Of a DNA stretch of 64,000 bases, positions 23,969 through 39,949 are shown in pieces (position 1 is the first letter of the stretch; every line of letters begins with the position of its first letter). This stretch comes from Sarea resinae. Its lineage: Eukaryota. The stretch spans positions 1-64,000 of the forward strand of contig JAPEUD010000089.1 of assembly GCA_026026165.1 (NCBI GenBank), given 5' to 3'. The notes beneath the pieces were generated by a model. The model had not been told where the DNA came from. It made no database searches and saw only the letters and a program-made list of their open reading frames with translations. A program made the position numbers and the translations under genes.

Positions 23969-26900
23969 CTAATGATAAAGTCTAGGTTAACGATAGTCCC
24001 AATGGCATTGTCTACCATGACGAGTCCAGTGCCACTCACATTGATGTTTTTCATCTATGGATGGCCGTCATCGAATTCGGTTGCTTCACGACGTAAACGT
24101 TGGCATACTCGCTTAAGGGAACAGCTCAGCTGAGATCCGACAGCTCCAGCACACGCGTACCTGAATGACATCATATCAAATCCAATCCCTTGCTCCACTG
24201 AACTCAGACATTTCCCAATTTAATTGGACACAATATCTTGTCAAGCGCGATCAATGCAGGTTGACATTCGATTCCACTCTCAATTGGCGGCATGGGGTAC
24301 AGAAAACTCAGATATGATGGAAATGACGAGCCAATCCTTCAACCAACTATCAGTGCTCAGGTAGACGTAAACAGCCCAAATGCCTTAAGACAACAACCAC
24401 CTTCACTAAAATTAGTAATGGAAGGTAGGTAAGGTACCCGACCCCAATTACCTCGGAGTGCTCTAAGGTAAGTTGCTACTAGAGTAGCAAATCCACCGGC
24501 TCTTGACAAGCGACAAGCGACCATCTGAAGCGCCATAGTAACGGCTTTTCAAGCATCAATCGATAGCGGGATCGATGAGGTACATGTGGAAGGGGATATC
24601 AAGGTCCACGGATACTCAGTTCATCGACTCGGGATTGAAGGCGAGATAGCACGAGATGGATGATGTCACGCTTAACTTTTGGGTCAATGAGAGCCCGTCA
24701 TGAAGGGAAGCAATGATCAAAGCCCAGTTGGACCCGAGGCATATCGAATTCCTGTAACTTCCATTTTCTCCGCACCTATCTAATGCCATCCGTGAAGATC
24801 TATGTGACTCTGGACTTGATTTTATTAAACACGCCCCATTGCTGCTAATGTCCCCACGCGGCTTTCGCCCGCCACTGCTGCGGTCAGAGCATGGCTCTAT
24901 CTCTTGTGCGATGAAGACGTTTCCCTGTGATCCATGCCCAGTCCGATTGCAGGATCTGGATCATCCCCTTGGATGAATCCCTTCGATCCGGACGCATAGT
25001 TGAATTACTATCAGTCCCCCTGTCGAGCCTCGCCTACATCCATGTCGAAAGCAACCTAAGGTAATATATCGACCCGTCCGTCTAGGCAACTACGCTTGTT
25101 CCCTGGAGGGGCTCGATCTTTCTCATCCAATATCGTGCCCATGTCAATACGTGAACGCTGGCCATAGGCAGATATTAATATGTCCCGGGGCATCAGGCCA
25201 AAGCACCGGAACTAAGATTCATCACTCCCTTGGACCTTATCCACAAGGCTCTCGTTGATTCGATCCTCAGCTCGAGAGACAGCTTATCAATTAGTTGAAA
25301 GGTGCGGCGATCTCTTCCAGCCGATTGACCTGGGGCCTCGACTCACGCCAAAGATAATGTTGGCATTGACCCAAGGACGGCTTCAAGCATCGTCATGATC
25401 TTCACGATCACCATCCAACGCATCAAGATGAATCAGGATACTGTACAGCAGCGCACGGTTTGACCAGTAAGTGATCAGAGTGCGGAGTCGGAGCTGAATC
25501 GATAATGTTCAACGAATTGACCGACTCATTGGCCGGATGATGTTTCTATTCCAGCCCCAAAGCAGGATTCGCCTCTATAGGAAAATGATAGCCTACGACT
25601 CTCGAGGGATATTAGTTGATGTGCATGGACACAGGTATCAGCCGACGACATAATAGAGACTCTACATCTCTGGCCAATGTCTGTAAATATGGACGGTCAA
25701 GAAGGCAGACAGGTAGTAGAAGACAATATTTTGCCTTCTAGAGCAAAGCTGCCAACCTAGACCAACTTGGCAAGGATCACAATGTTGAGAATTGAAGCAC
25801 GAGGCCAACCCAGAAGCCTGTGTCTCCCACCACGGAAGAGCTGAGTAAAGAAGAGTAAGCATCCATCTACGAATAACTGGCCAGTTGATCATTCAGTGTT
25901 CCACACGACAACGGCAGGGACTTGGATCATTGAGCAAGTCTCTTTCCGACATTGCGTTCCTTGAAGCTCGCTTGCAGCTATGTCATGTATGAGCAAGATG
26001 CTTGATCCATTCCCTGATTGCCCGGAAGTCCGGTGCGGGGAGAGCGAGTCCGATAAGATATGCATGATACTGTAGCATTCAAACGCTGGATCATCTTCTT
26101 TGAGGACGGCTCAGCTGGACGCGCTCTCCCAACCACGGAAACTCTAGAGTCCAAATCACCCGAAAAGGCCATTTGCGTCTGGAAATGCGGAATTTTCAGC
26201 CAGCAAAGGATCGCAGGCAATCCTGACTAGCAGGGTAGAATTGACATTCGTCAATTCGTTGCTTTCATCCAAACCAGGAAAATGAGATGGGCTTGCTGGC
26301 GCAGGGGCGCAGCATCTGTTGAGGCGAGAATTGCAAGTCGGACTGGAAGGCAGCATTGCAGGCGCAAGGAAAGCCATGATCGTGCCAATGAGCGCTTGCT
26401 TGCATGGAATTTCTACTCGGAAGAAGACATGATATGACGGATAAGAAACAGGGTCAACAATGCAATGCGGGATAGACAGGGGTCACCAATGGGAATGGTC
26501 GATTCTTGGTCTCAATTTGCCCTAGGATTCTCGTCGAAGTATTGGGGTAGTCGCTGCAGGTCAGTAGGCACAAGGATGATGATGATGATGCATCCATCTA
26601 TGAATAAAGGTACTATTCCGTGCAGAGCATTCTGCTGTGGTGGAGAGCGAGGGGCCCTGCTGCCTCGGCTGCTCTTCCAACCAGCGCCCCCTCGGCCCCT
26701 GTCATCATGTTGACAGGCCATGGCCGTGTGGTAAAAGCAGCCATCCTTTTGGCTGAAGCCGCTTTTGTGTCCCCAGAACTGCTGCTCTTGACGACAGCAA
26801 CACGAGTCAATTGGCGTGGATGCGATATCACGGTCAGGGTTGGCTGATGCAATTCCTCGGCCCCTGGCAAGCCATCCAGCCAAGGACCGACCGGTCGACA

Positions 26901-27812
26901 ATAGGTTAATAGACCGCCAACAAGCAGCCAGGCGAGACGCTTCCTCGCGTGGAAGCTAGAAACGTGCCGCAATCCCCTACTCTCCTCCACTCACTGATTG
27001 CCCGTTTTGGCCCTTTGGCGACTTCATCGCTTGCTCGTGGCCCGGACCTAGTGCCCGCTACGAACAAGCTAGAAGTAGGTAAGCTTTGTCCGGCTTCGGG
27101 CTTGGAGCTTGGCCCGTCCCGCCCTTGTCGTCCTCGCGACGAGACCCCACGCCCCCAAACTTGACCGTACCTTGCCTGTCTTCGTGACGGATACGGGACC
27201 TTCATCACACATTCGATGCATACCTATGAGTGTGCCTGGAAAGAGCAACTTCCTCGTTTTACCTTTCGACTCAGATACTCTTGCATCTGTCGGCGCCGCC
27301 ACCGGGCATGTTCGGAATGGCCTACATCCGCCTTGTAGATCAAGATTCCAAATGCGGATCCCTTGGGTCCGTCCTTGTCGCACTGCATGCGACTTTGCAT
27401 TTCACTCGAGGAAGCCGAGACTATCTCCCTGGCTGAATATAGCTTGATAGTAAGGCTAGACTGTGGCCACACCTGCTCTCTGTAACCATACCGCAGCTCT
27501 TTCGGCCGGGATTCCAAGGCGCTGTGACCTTTGCATGGCGGCCAATTCTGGCTGGGCATACGCCAGCAGCGCTCCACCGTGTCAATGCTGTCTTTCCGAG
27601 CTCAAAAGCACCGTCCCGCCGATGCTTGTTCTCTCAATGATCGTCCGCGCTCGCTTGTTCGAGACAAACCTCCATCTTTGAAGTTATTTTCAAGTTGTTC
27701 TGACGTCTTTTCGAAGTCGTCACCCCCGTTTCCTTCGTTACTCATTCTCTGAGAGAAAAGTATCGGCTTTCTACGGCGTCAGTAGACGGATATCAACATT
27801 AGAGGCTTCATC

Positions 27813-29265
27813 ATGGAACACTCTCACACTGGCACGGCCACAACAACGGCCACTTCCACGGCCGCGGCAACTCCAATGCGACCTGGTACCCCTGATTCTC
27901 CCCCTCTCAACGATCCGATCAATCCCGCTCCTCGAGCAAATCCCTTCGCTACGCCTTTCACTTCGAGGCCAGCATCAGTCAGCGATTCCTCGGCACGCTA
28001 TAGGAATTCAGCTCCCGGGTCCCGATACTTTCATTCACGTAGAGTCCGCAAGGGTGATGTTGAAAGGCCTTGGACAAAGAAGAAAGACAAGAGGGAGAAA
28101 TGGGTCACTATTATTCCCCTCATTGGCATCTTCGTCGGCCTCGCTATATCGGGCTTTCTGATTTGGGATGGTCTCCGCACGGTTGTCAGTCATGTGTATT
28201 GCCCAGTCCTACAGGAAGATTTCTCCGAAGGGTTCGACACAAAGACCTGGACAAAGGAAGTCGAAGTCGGTGGTTTTGGGTAAGTCGCGATGATTTCGCT
28301 CGATCATCAGTGACATAGCTGACAGGCCCCGCAGGAATGGCCAGTTCGAAGAGACAACCAACACTGAAGAGAATGTCTTCATCGACAACGGGAAATTGGT
28401 CATTAAGCCTACTCTCCAGGAGGCCAGTCTAATCAACCACAACAATGTCATCAATCTCCTCAAAACCGGTTCTTGCTCCTCGAAAGTGTGGTCCGACTGT
28501 GTCGCCGTCACCAATACCACTAATGGTACGATCGTCAATCCTGTCAAGTCAGGTCGTATCAGCACCAAGAAAGGAGCCTTCATCAGATATGGCCGCGTTG
28601 AGGTTACGGCGACGCTACCAGCTGGAGACTGGCTTTGGCCAGCCATTTGGATGTTGCCCGTCGTGGACACTTACGGAGAATGGCCCCAGTCTGGCGAGAT
28701 CGATATCATGGAGTCACGCGGTAACAACCATACTTATGCCCAAGGTGGCAATAACATCATGAGCAGCGCTCTTCACTGGGGTCCGAATTCTGCGCAAGAT
28801 GCATGGTGGCGAACCAATGTCAAACGCAACGCCCTCCATACCACGTTTGCTGAGAAGTCCCACACTTTTGGCCTCGAGTGGAGCGAGAAATACCTGTTCA
28901 CATATCTCAACAACAGACTCTTGCAAGTCCTGTACACGAACTTCAATCAGCCTCTGTATCAACGAGGCCACTTCCCGCTTTCTGACAGCAACGGGACGCG
29001 CCTGCTCGACACTTGGAGCCAGACAGGGAGAGATTCGACCCCATTCGATCAGGATTTCTATCTCATCATGAACGTAGCCGTTGGTAGTACAAATGGCTGG
29101 TTCGAGGATGGCAAGAGCGGCAAGCCCTGGGTGGATCATAGCCCTACTGCTAAAAAGGACTTCTGGGATTCGCAAGCTCAATGGTATCCTACCTGGGAAA
29201 AGAACGGGCAGATGACCATTTCGAGTGTGAAGATGTGGCAACAGGCAGGGTATAATGGCTGCTAA
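27813..29265 (+). CDS. GH16 beta-glucanase-like protein with type II TM anchor
   Basis: YFHSRRV, TM WVTIIPLIGIFVGLAISGFLIW, GGFG|NGQFE, GDWLWPAIWMLP, intact catalytic GEIDIME, PFDQDFYLIMNVAVG; intron 28280-28334. Confidence 0.93.
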
Positions 29266-32200
29266 TTGTCAATGCGTGGACATATTTGGGGTTGCTTGCT
29301 ACATAGACAGCGGATGGGGATATGTTTTTCTAATCTGTGCCGGTCGTTCTACTTTTGTGGATCCCTCGTGGCTTCTTCGGTGGCGTACACTTTTCTCAAA
29401 TGGCTATTATGGCCATTATTTCTACGCTGTGGTGGTTCAATTGGAGACCTTTGAAACTTGGTATCGGATAATTCAGGGAAACTAGCTTCCACTCTTTTTA
29501 CGTCCTCAATATGACTACAATTGATCCCAGAACATCTGTGTCGGGCTGATGCAATTGCCGCTCGCCACAACTTCTTTCAATGCAAATGCTAAGTCAGTAC
29601 ATTGCTTTTGATCGGGACGGAGTGAAGATCGATGAAGAGGGCACACATGATTCACACCCTAGTTGTTTCGACGGTCGGAGCATCACCACTGCTTTCGTCC
29701 AAGGTGTAAGGTAAGGTCAAGTCAGGTCAATCGAAAAAGGGACCTTCGGTAGGTGGGCTGAATAGAACATGTTCCGCGCCGGCGACAGCAACAATCCTGA
29801 TGGAGATCCATGGTGCTTGGCGCATCGGCAGTGGAGAGCCCCAGGTTGTGATGCCCGTCGTCGTGTCGGCATGAATGTTCTCCACCGTGGTGGTGTGGCC
29901 GGTGGCCGGGGTCACGGTCCTGCTCATTGGATTGTGCTCTGGATATTATTGTATGTTACTCGTACATGTAGGGCGACTTGATCATGGCAAGACTATCGCT
30001 GCAGGCCGGGTCTCGCAGCCAACCACGAGGACGGGTTGCTGCCTCTTGTCTTCTCGTGCTGCTTTCCGCGGTTGTTTAAATTGTTGTCGAAAAGGAGTGA
30101 AAGGGGACTAGAGCCAAGGCCGCTTTGAAGGGTGAGGTCAAGCAAGCTTCGTCTCGTGTATTCCGTGTAGATACGCCTTCCAGCTGGCTCTCGTATCTGC
30201 GCCCTTCTCTTCTCCGCACGGCCCTTGCCTGATGCCTGAGAGCAACTCTGCTTCGTACCATGTACCGCGTACTCACCATCATCATCGTCGTCGTCGTCGT
30301 CGTCGTCTTCTGCGATCGTCTATCGTCTATCATGTCCCATCTATCCCGTGGATCCATTGATCTCTGTTCCTGGTTCGCATGCTGCCTGCATGGCCGTGAT
30401 CATGGCTCCCAGCCCATGCATCTTCTAGAAACGCAGCCAGTCGGAGGGGGCAGTTGGATTGATTGCGCAGATACTCAATGCTCCGGACTCTGGATCAAAC
30501 CTGTCATCGTCGACGCCTCTTCGTCCTCCCCTCGTTTCTCTCCTTGCTCTCCCCACCAGCCCACCGACCGACTCCCCTATCTCAATGACTCGTCGTCGGG
30601 ATGAATAGAGTGGTCTCGTTGTAAGTACGGATCGCATCATCGATGGCCGGGGCGAGGCACCTCTCTACGTCGGATCCTGTCTCCTTCTGCGCTTTCCTGC
30701 ACTTTCCTGCATCTCAACCCATCTACCCATGTTGGAGGCTTTTACCCATTCGCTTGGTCTTCATCCTTGTTACACCAGGGTTGGGAAATACGGAGGATCA
30801 CGGTCGGCATGACGGCCAACAATAATGTCCCATCGACTTCTTGTTTCTCAAGCATGCGAAAACGCAATTATTGCATTCGTTCGTATGCCGTGTCATCTGT
30901 TTGTCTTCCGACTTTCACTGTTCGCGAAGATCATTACTCTTTCTACTGCACGACTATCGATGCCTCTATGTCTATCATTGTTTTCTGTGCTTCTGTACGA
31001 AGCGTAAGTCACTAGCCTGCAGGGGAGGGATTGCGGCTGGTACCCAAGTCCACATCTGTCCCGAATCCATCTCCTTGGATGTCGACGCTGCCTTGGCAGG
31101 CTGTCGTCGGCCAAGCCACCGTGATACACCGCACGCGGGATGGCGGTTGGCCTCTTTTCCACGCTCGCAGGCATGGCAGCGGCATGGGCCTCAACGCCGT
31201 CAATTGATGACCGCAGCCAAGTGCGGTATCGGTCAGGACCGTATTGCTCCAAATTTGACAGCCTGGCAGAACCAGAAGGTGCTTGTTTGGGCAAGTCAAA
31301 CTTCATGGCATGGCGAGCGTGCAAGCCCAGCTTGCAATTCGGCCTGCTGCCACGCGATGCACGCATGCTCGTCGGCTTTTGGCTTAACACGGACGTCGAC
31401 TTCAGCGCGTCTAGAAATGTCTCTGTCTCGCCACTGGCGGCGGAGTAATATCTCTTCAGTCGATGGAGCTCACCCCTGCCAACCAGAAAGAATCCGTATC
31501 TGCAATGCGGCTTGTTCATGGGTATGGCCAGAAATAGCACTAACGGCAGTGTAGCAAAGGTCTGGCCGCAGATCCTGGCCTTGCTCGAAGCCATCGCTCA
31601 GTCGGTGGCTTCCTGTCTAACTGTCAAAGGTTAACGGCTTGCGGAGGAAGTGATTGCCACCTTACGGCACCGATACCTTGACGCAAAACCAGGGTAGGAC
31701 CTTGAGTCAAGATGTAGCCATTCCATTTCCAGATCGGGTAATATGGCCTAAGCCGCCTTCTAGCATTGCGAGCTCTGTATATGTCTTTGGCGGGGCGGCC
31801 AGCACACCGTGATACAGTGTTGATCGATCTCGTCGGATCTGCACCGTCTTCAGTCCCGGCCTCCACCATCCTAGGGGTTCTCGATCAATTGATCGCCGCT
31901 GGGGCGAGAGGCTATTTTTTGCGAACCGCAGAGAAGCTTACACGAAGGCTAAATCCTCGTCCCGTGGATCATGCTTGATGCTGCCACTTCCCGAACTCTA
32001 CTGATATCCTTGCAGGGTTCAATGGGCTGCTGATCTCAGGCTTGCCAGCCTTGACAGCACTTTCGAAAAGACCGGGGCTTTGTCAATAGCGTTCCTTCCA
32101 CAGCAGGCGTAGACCAGGTCTAGCTTTCTATGAAGCAAATCGCCGAGCTTGGTCAAGCGAGTGGTGTCGTTGTCAATATTGCTGCTTTGACGTCCATACG

Positions 32201-32816
32201 CTGGGCTCGTTCAGTTATCTGCTCTTGCTTCTTCTTCTCTTGCTGTGTTGTCGCACTTACGCCTGCTTCCCTGTCCCACCCAATTGTGCCCTGGCTACTT
32301 TAATCGCTGTGCATGCTGATCCCTGGTGAAATTCCGCCTTTCAACCATCCTCGGATAGCACGTCTATTGGGGGCCCTTCCTCCAGTTGCTTTCTATCTCC
32401 GTTGGCAATAAAAGTCTCCGTTCTCCCGGGTTTAAGTCTTTCCCATTCAAATCACTCGCTATCTATCATCTTCAGGCACAGTGCTGGAGGGTTCATTGCT
32501 CTATGAGCATAGTCGTTGACATCGGCCACCTCTCCTGTTACTGGTGCCATTTCAATCGTAAGCAAGACTTTTCCTCGATGTCATCAGACTGGCTGTGCTG
32601 ATACCATACATCATAGGCTTTCGGTTTAGAAAGGAGTCCAGTATCTTTTGTCTGGAGACGTTGGAACTTCTTATCAATCCCACCACATTCGCTTTCAAAA
32701 GGACGTCAGATCTTCCCCTCAGAAAATTACGTTTGCTACAGACTCTCTCAACGATCAGACGTGGAATCTGAAGAGCACACGTCCATTATCAACTCAACAC
32801 CCAGCGCCTTTTCAAA

Positions 32817-35741
32817 ATGGGGCTCCGTGACTATTTCAAGGCTGGAAAGCCGAAGCAGGCCGAAGAGGTTGCACCTCAAACAATGTTGGAGAAGCCGTTG
32901 GCGCCTGCTCGGATCACCGAGCATTTCGACTTGCGTACGCCACAGCATGGATCATCCCGAGCTTCGATTGCTCCTTCGGCACGCAGCTCCACGATGCTCG
33001 ACGACATCAAGCACGAAGTAATGGTCAACTATCTATATCAGCAACAATGCAGTCGTCTTTGGGTAAGCGACGGGAGTGGCGAGGTTGAAGGTGTACTTCT
33101 TCGAAAAGGTAGAGCCAACTACCTGACTTGCCCGCCGCAGCTGGGCCAGACCCCTATTGCCACTGCCTGCGCCGCTCTTAACGTCTCTGTAAGTGCCAAT
33201 CTAGAGATTGAAGTATTGCCTTAATCTAATCGAACCGTTAGGTGGCTATGACTGTCAATTCAAGGGTTATCAAGACCTTTCTCCAGTGGTCTCCGGATGC
33301 CGTTGATGTACCGCTCATGAACGGTCTCCGGATCCAAATTCTGCCGACCATCGAGGACCTTCCCAGAGCAAGGAAGCATCAGTTCGCTGCCTTCATCGCT
33401 TCCGAAGCAATCCTCGTGGTTTGGGATGATGAAGCCTTTCATCTCGTGGAGAGGGCGAAGTCTATAGAGTCGGAGCTAATGGAGCTTGTCTGGAAGACGG
33501 GAGACGCTGCAGATGAAGATCCGGTCAAGAAGGGACCACAAGTTACAGAGCATGAGATCGACGAAGAAAGTGGCGAATACCTCCCCGAAGTAAGACCCAT
33601 CATGTTGATGAACACCATCCTCGTGGCGTTCGCAATTGCTCTAGTCGTCGTCATGTTGGGAGCTGGTTTCCGAGAAATCGCAATAGAAGTCAGTACCGAC
33701 ATGGCATACATTCGTCTCGCATTCTTCGCTTTGACGCCCGTCCAGATCTTCTTTACCCTGGTGAGTTTCTTCCTGTCGAGTGACTCGAGTCCAGTTCTGA
33801 TGACTGCAGTTCTTTGCCCAAGTCATTGTCGGATGTATCGCCCAGTGTATCGGACCTGTTCGCCAGATGGCCATGAACTCCAAGTTCTATTCCGCCCGTG
33901 CTCCACCTCGACTTCAAAGTGCCAGCCTTCCTCATATCACCATCCAATGTCCTGTGTACAAGGAAGGTTTGGCGACCGTCATTGCGCCCACTGTCAGATC
34001 CATCAAGCAGGCCATCTCAACCTATGAGCTTCAAGGTGGGTCGGCAAACATGTTCGTCAACGATGATGGCCTCCAGCTTTTGGACGAAGCCGAGCGTCAG
34101 ACAAGAATCGACTTTTACGCCGACCACAGCATCGGATGGGTTGCACGCCCAAAACACGGCGAGAATGGGTTTACGAGAAAGGGAAAATTTAAGAAGGTGA
34201 GCACCTCTCTCTTCAAATGCCTCTGTTCTGCCGTAGGCCCTGGCCCAGAAATAATTATGATTCGCTCTCCATCATTCATGCTTTTCTCGCTTCGAGCTAA
34301 GGCTGAGATGCGGCGTACTCAATGTGTTTCCTGTGGCGTGCGCCCTGGTTTTCTCTCAGCCAATGCTCTACAACATTTGACGATTATTTTGCTGACAATC
34401 ACATAGGCCTCTAACATGAACTTTGGTCTCATGATTTCGTGCAAAGTCGAGGAGAAACTTGCACTCATCAAGAGGCCCGAGGACTGGACTCAAGTGGATG
34501 AGGCTACAGCCTATGAGCGCTGCCTCAAGGAAGTGCTCGAAGAAGACAAACGTGCTTGGGCTGATGGCAATATCCGTGTTGGAGATTATATTCTTCTTAT
34601 CGACTCCGATACACGTGTCCCAGCCGACTGTCTGCTCGACGCATGCAGCGAGATGGAGCAATCGCCCGAAGTAGGCATCATGCAATTCTCGTCGGGCGTC
34701 ATGCAAGTAGTGAACACGTTCTTTGAGAACGGCATCACATTCTTCACGAATCTCATCTACACGGCCATCAAGTACACGGTCTCCAACGGCGACGTCGCCC
34801 CTTTCGTCGGCCACAACGCCATCCTCCGCTGGTCGGCCATCCAACAGATTTCGTACGAGGACGAAGATGATTACGAGAAGTTCTGGTCCGAATCTCACGT
34901 GTCCGAGGACTTCGACATGTCGCTCCGACTTCAAGTCAATGGCTACATCATCCGACTTGCTGCTTGGGCCGGCGAGGGTTTCAAGGAGGGCGTCTCTCTT
35001 ACGGTCTACGACGAGCTTGCGCGCTGGGAGAAATACGCTTACGGCTGCAACGAACTTCTCTTCCACCCAGTCCGCTTCTGGCCCGTCCGAGGACCCTTTA
35101 CGCCCCTTTTCCGCCGATTTCTGTTCTCCAACATCCGTTTCACCTCCAAGGTCACCATCATTTCCTACATCGGTACTTACTACGCCATCGGGGCCGCCTG
35201 GATCATGACGACGGCCAACTACTTTGCCATTGGCTGGTACAACGGCTACCTGGACAAATACTACATCGACTCGTGGAAGGTGTGGTTTTCAATCGTCATC
35301 GTCTTCAACGGCCTGGGCAACATCGCTCTCGCGGTGATGCGGTACCGGATCGGCGAACGGTCCTTTTTCGCGGCGCTGCTCGAGAACTTCAAATGGGTGC
35401 TCATGCTCGCCATCTTCCTGGGCGGGCTGTCGCTGCACATCTCGCAGGCGCTGCTGTGCCACATGTTCGAGGTCAACATGACGTGGGGCGCGACGGCCAA
35501 GGAGGCCGAATTCTCCAACTTCTTCATCGAGGTGCCCAAAGTGCTCAAGAAGTTCAAGTTCAGCATGGCGTTTGCGCTCATCGGCATCGTCGGCATGATC
35601 GTGCTCGCCGTCGCCCCCTTTGTGCCGTATGACTGGCAGATTAAGGATTTCGTGGCCATCTTGCCCATGGCGACGGTCACGGTGTCGCACATGCTCCTGC
35701 CGATTGCGCTGAATCCCGCCCTGATGACGTTTTCGTGGTAG
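32817..35741 (+). CDS. Processive multi-TM glycosyltransferase family 2 (about 870 aa)
   Basis: QCPVYKE, VNDDG, FKK|ASNMN, IDSDT (DxD), FVGHNA, VSEDF, ELARW; two N-terminal and several C-terminal TM segments. Introns 33189-33241, 33761-33809, 34197-34406. Confidence 0.92.
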
Positions 35742-36819
35742 AGGTCGGTCTGTCTGTCTGTCTTTGGATTTTTTCTTTTGTCGGGGGAGGAAAGGGGACA
35801 GGGTCGGGGTCCGATAGAGGTTTTTCTTTTTTTTTTCTAATTTCTAATGAATTAACGGTCGGGCGATATAGTTGGGGTTCTATGATGGGTCTGTCTTCAC
35901 TCGCTTGATCTCTGGGATGTCTATTCCCTATATATCTCTATCTCTGTCTATCTTTATTTCTCTCGTTTAAACGGGGCTGTTTTGCTTCGTCGCACGACAC
36001 GACGCTTGATGGTTCGGCCTCTCTCTCGCTCTCTCCCTCTCTCGCTCTCTAGGTCTAGATCTAGATCTATCTAGATTAACTCTATCTTGAACTCTGGCTC
36101 GGCGCCACTCACTCACTCACTCACTCACTCTCACACATGCTCACTCACTCACTCACGTACTCACACCCACAGACGCACTTACTCGCTCACTTACTCGCTC
36201 ACTCACTCACTTACTGACTTAGTGACAAACTTTCCAACTCACTTACTTCCTGGCAATATTCATTATTTGTTAGTCTACAGGTAGTAGTAATACCAGGATA
36301 GGTAGACAGACAGATAGCTAGACAGATAGATAGACAGACAGACAGATAGCTAGACAGATATGTACTCTGTAGTTGCTAAGAACACTAAATGGCACTCCTT
36401 AAGGTATGACGAAGAAGAAAAAGGTACGTAAAGGGATTGATGCGTACAAGGTATGCCAGCCCGGCACGGCTACTCTCTCTAACCTCTGACCTCTAACCTC
36501 TGACTTCTTACCTCTATCCCTACCCCTTGCCTCTAACCTCTGCCCCTGCCTCTGCCCCTGCCTCTACCTCTACCTCTACCTCTGCCTCTATACAGAACCT
36601 AACAGAACTCAAGCGGACGCACACAGAGACACACAGCGGCACACGGACAGATGCACAACACAGACACAGACACAGACACAGACACAAACACATGCGAGGA
36701 TCGGCCACAGCAACAACCACAGAATTACAATGCAGACATAGATGTATTTTCTCCTTGTATGAACAGACCAGAACGAACTGAAGCACAGTGAAACTGCTAC
36801 TACTACTGCCACTATACTA
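35742..36819. repeat. Microsatellite-rich spacer between convergent GT2 and ARG5,6
   Basis: (CACT)n about 36105-36215, GACA/GATA about 36303-36360, CTCTAC/CTCTGC about 36480-36590, (ACACAG)n about 36659-36685. Confidence 0.9.

Positions 36820-39949
<3,130 letters not shown>

Noticed and set aside
30841..31594. Opposing 237-aa and 233-aa ORFs between GH16 and GT2
   Set aside because: Cys/Arg/Ser-rich random-looking composition, no domain motifs, no obvious codon bias.
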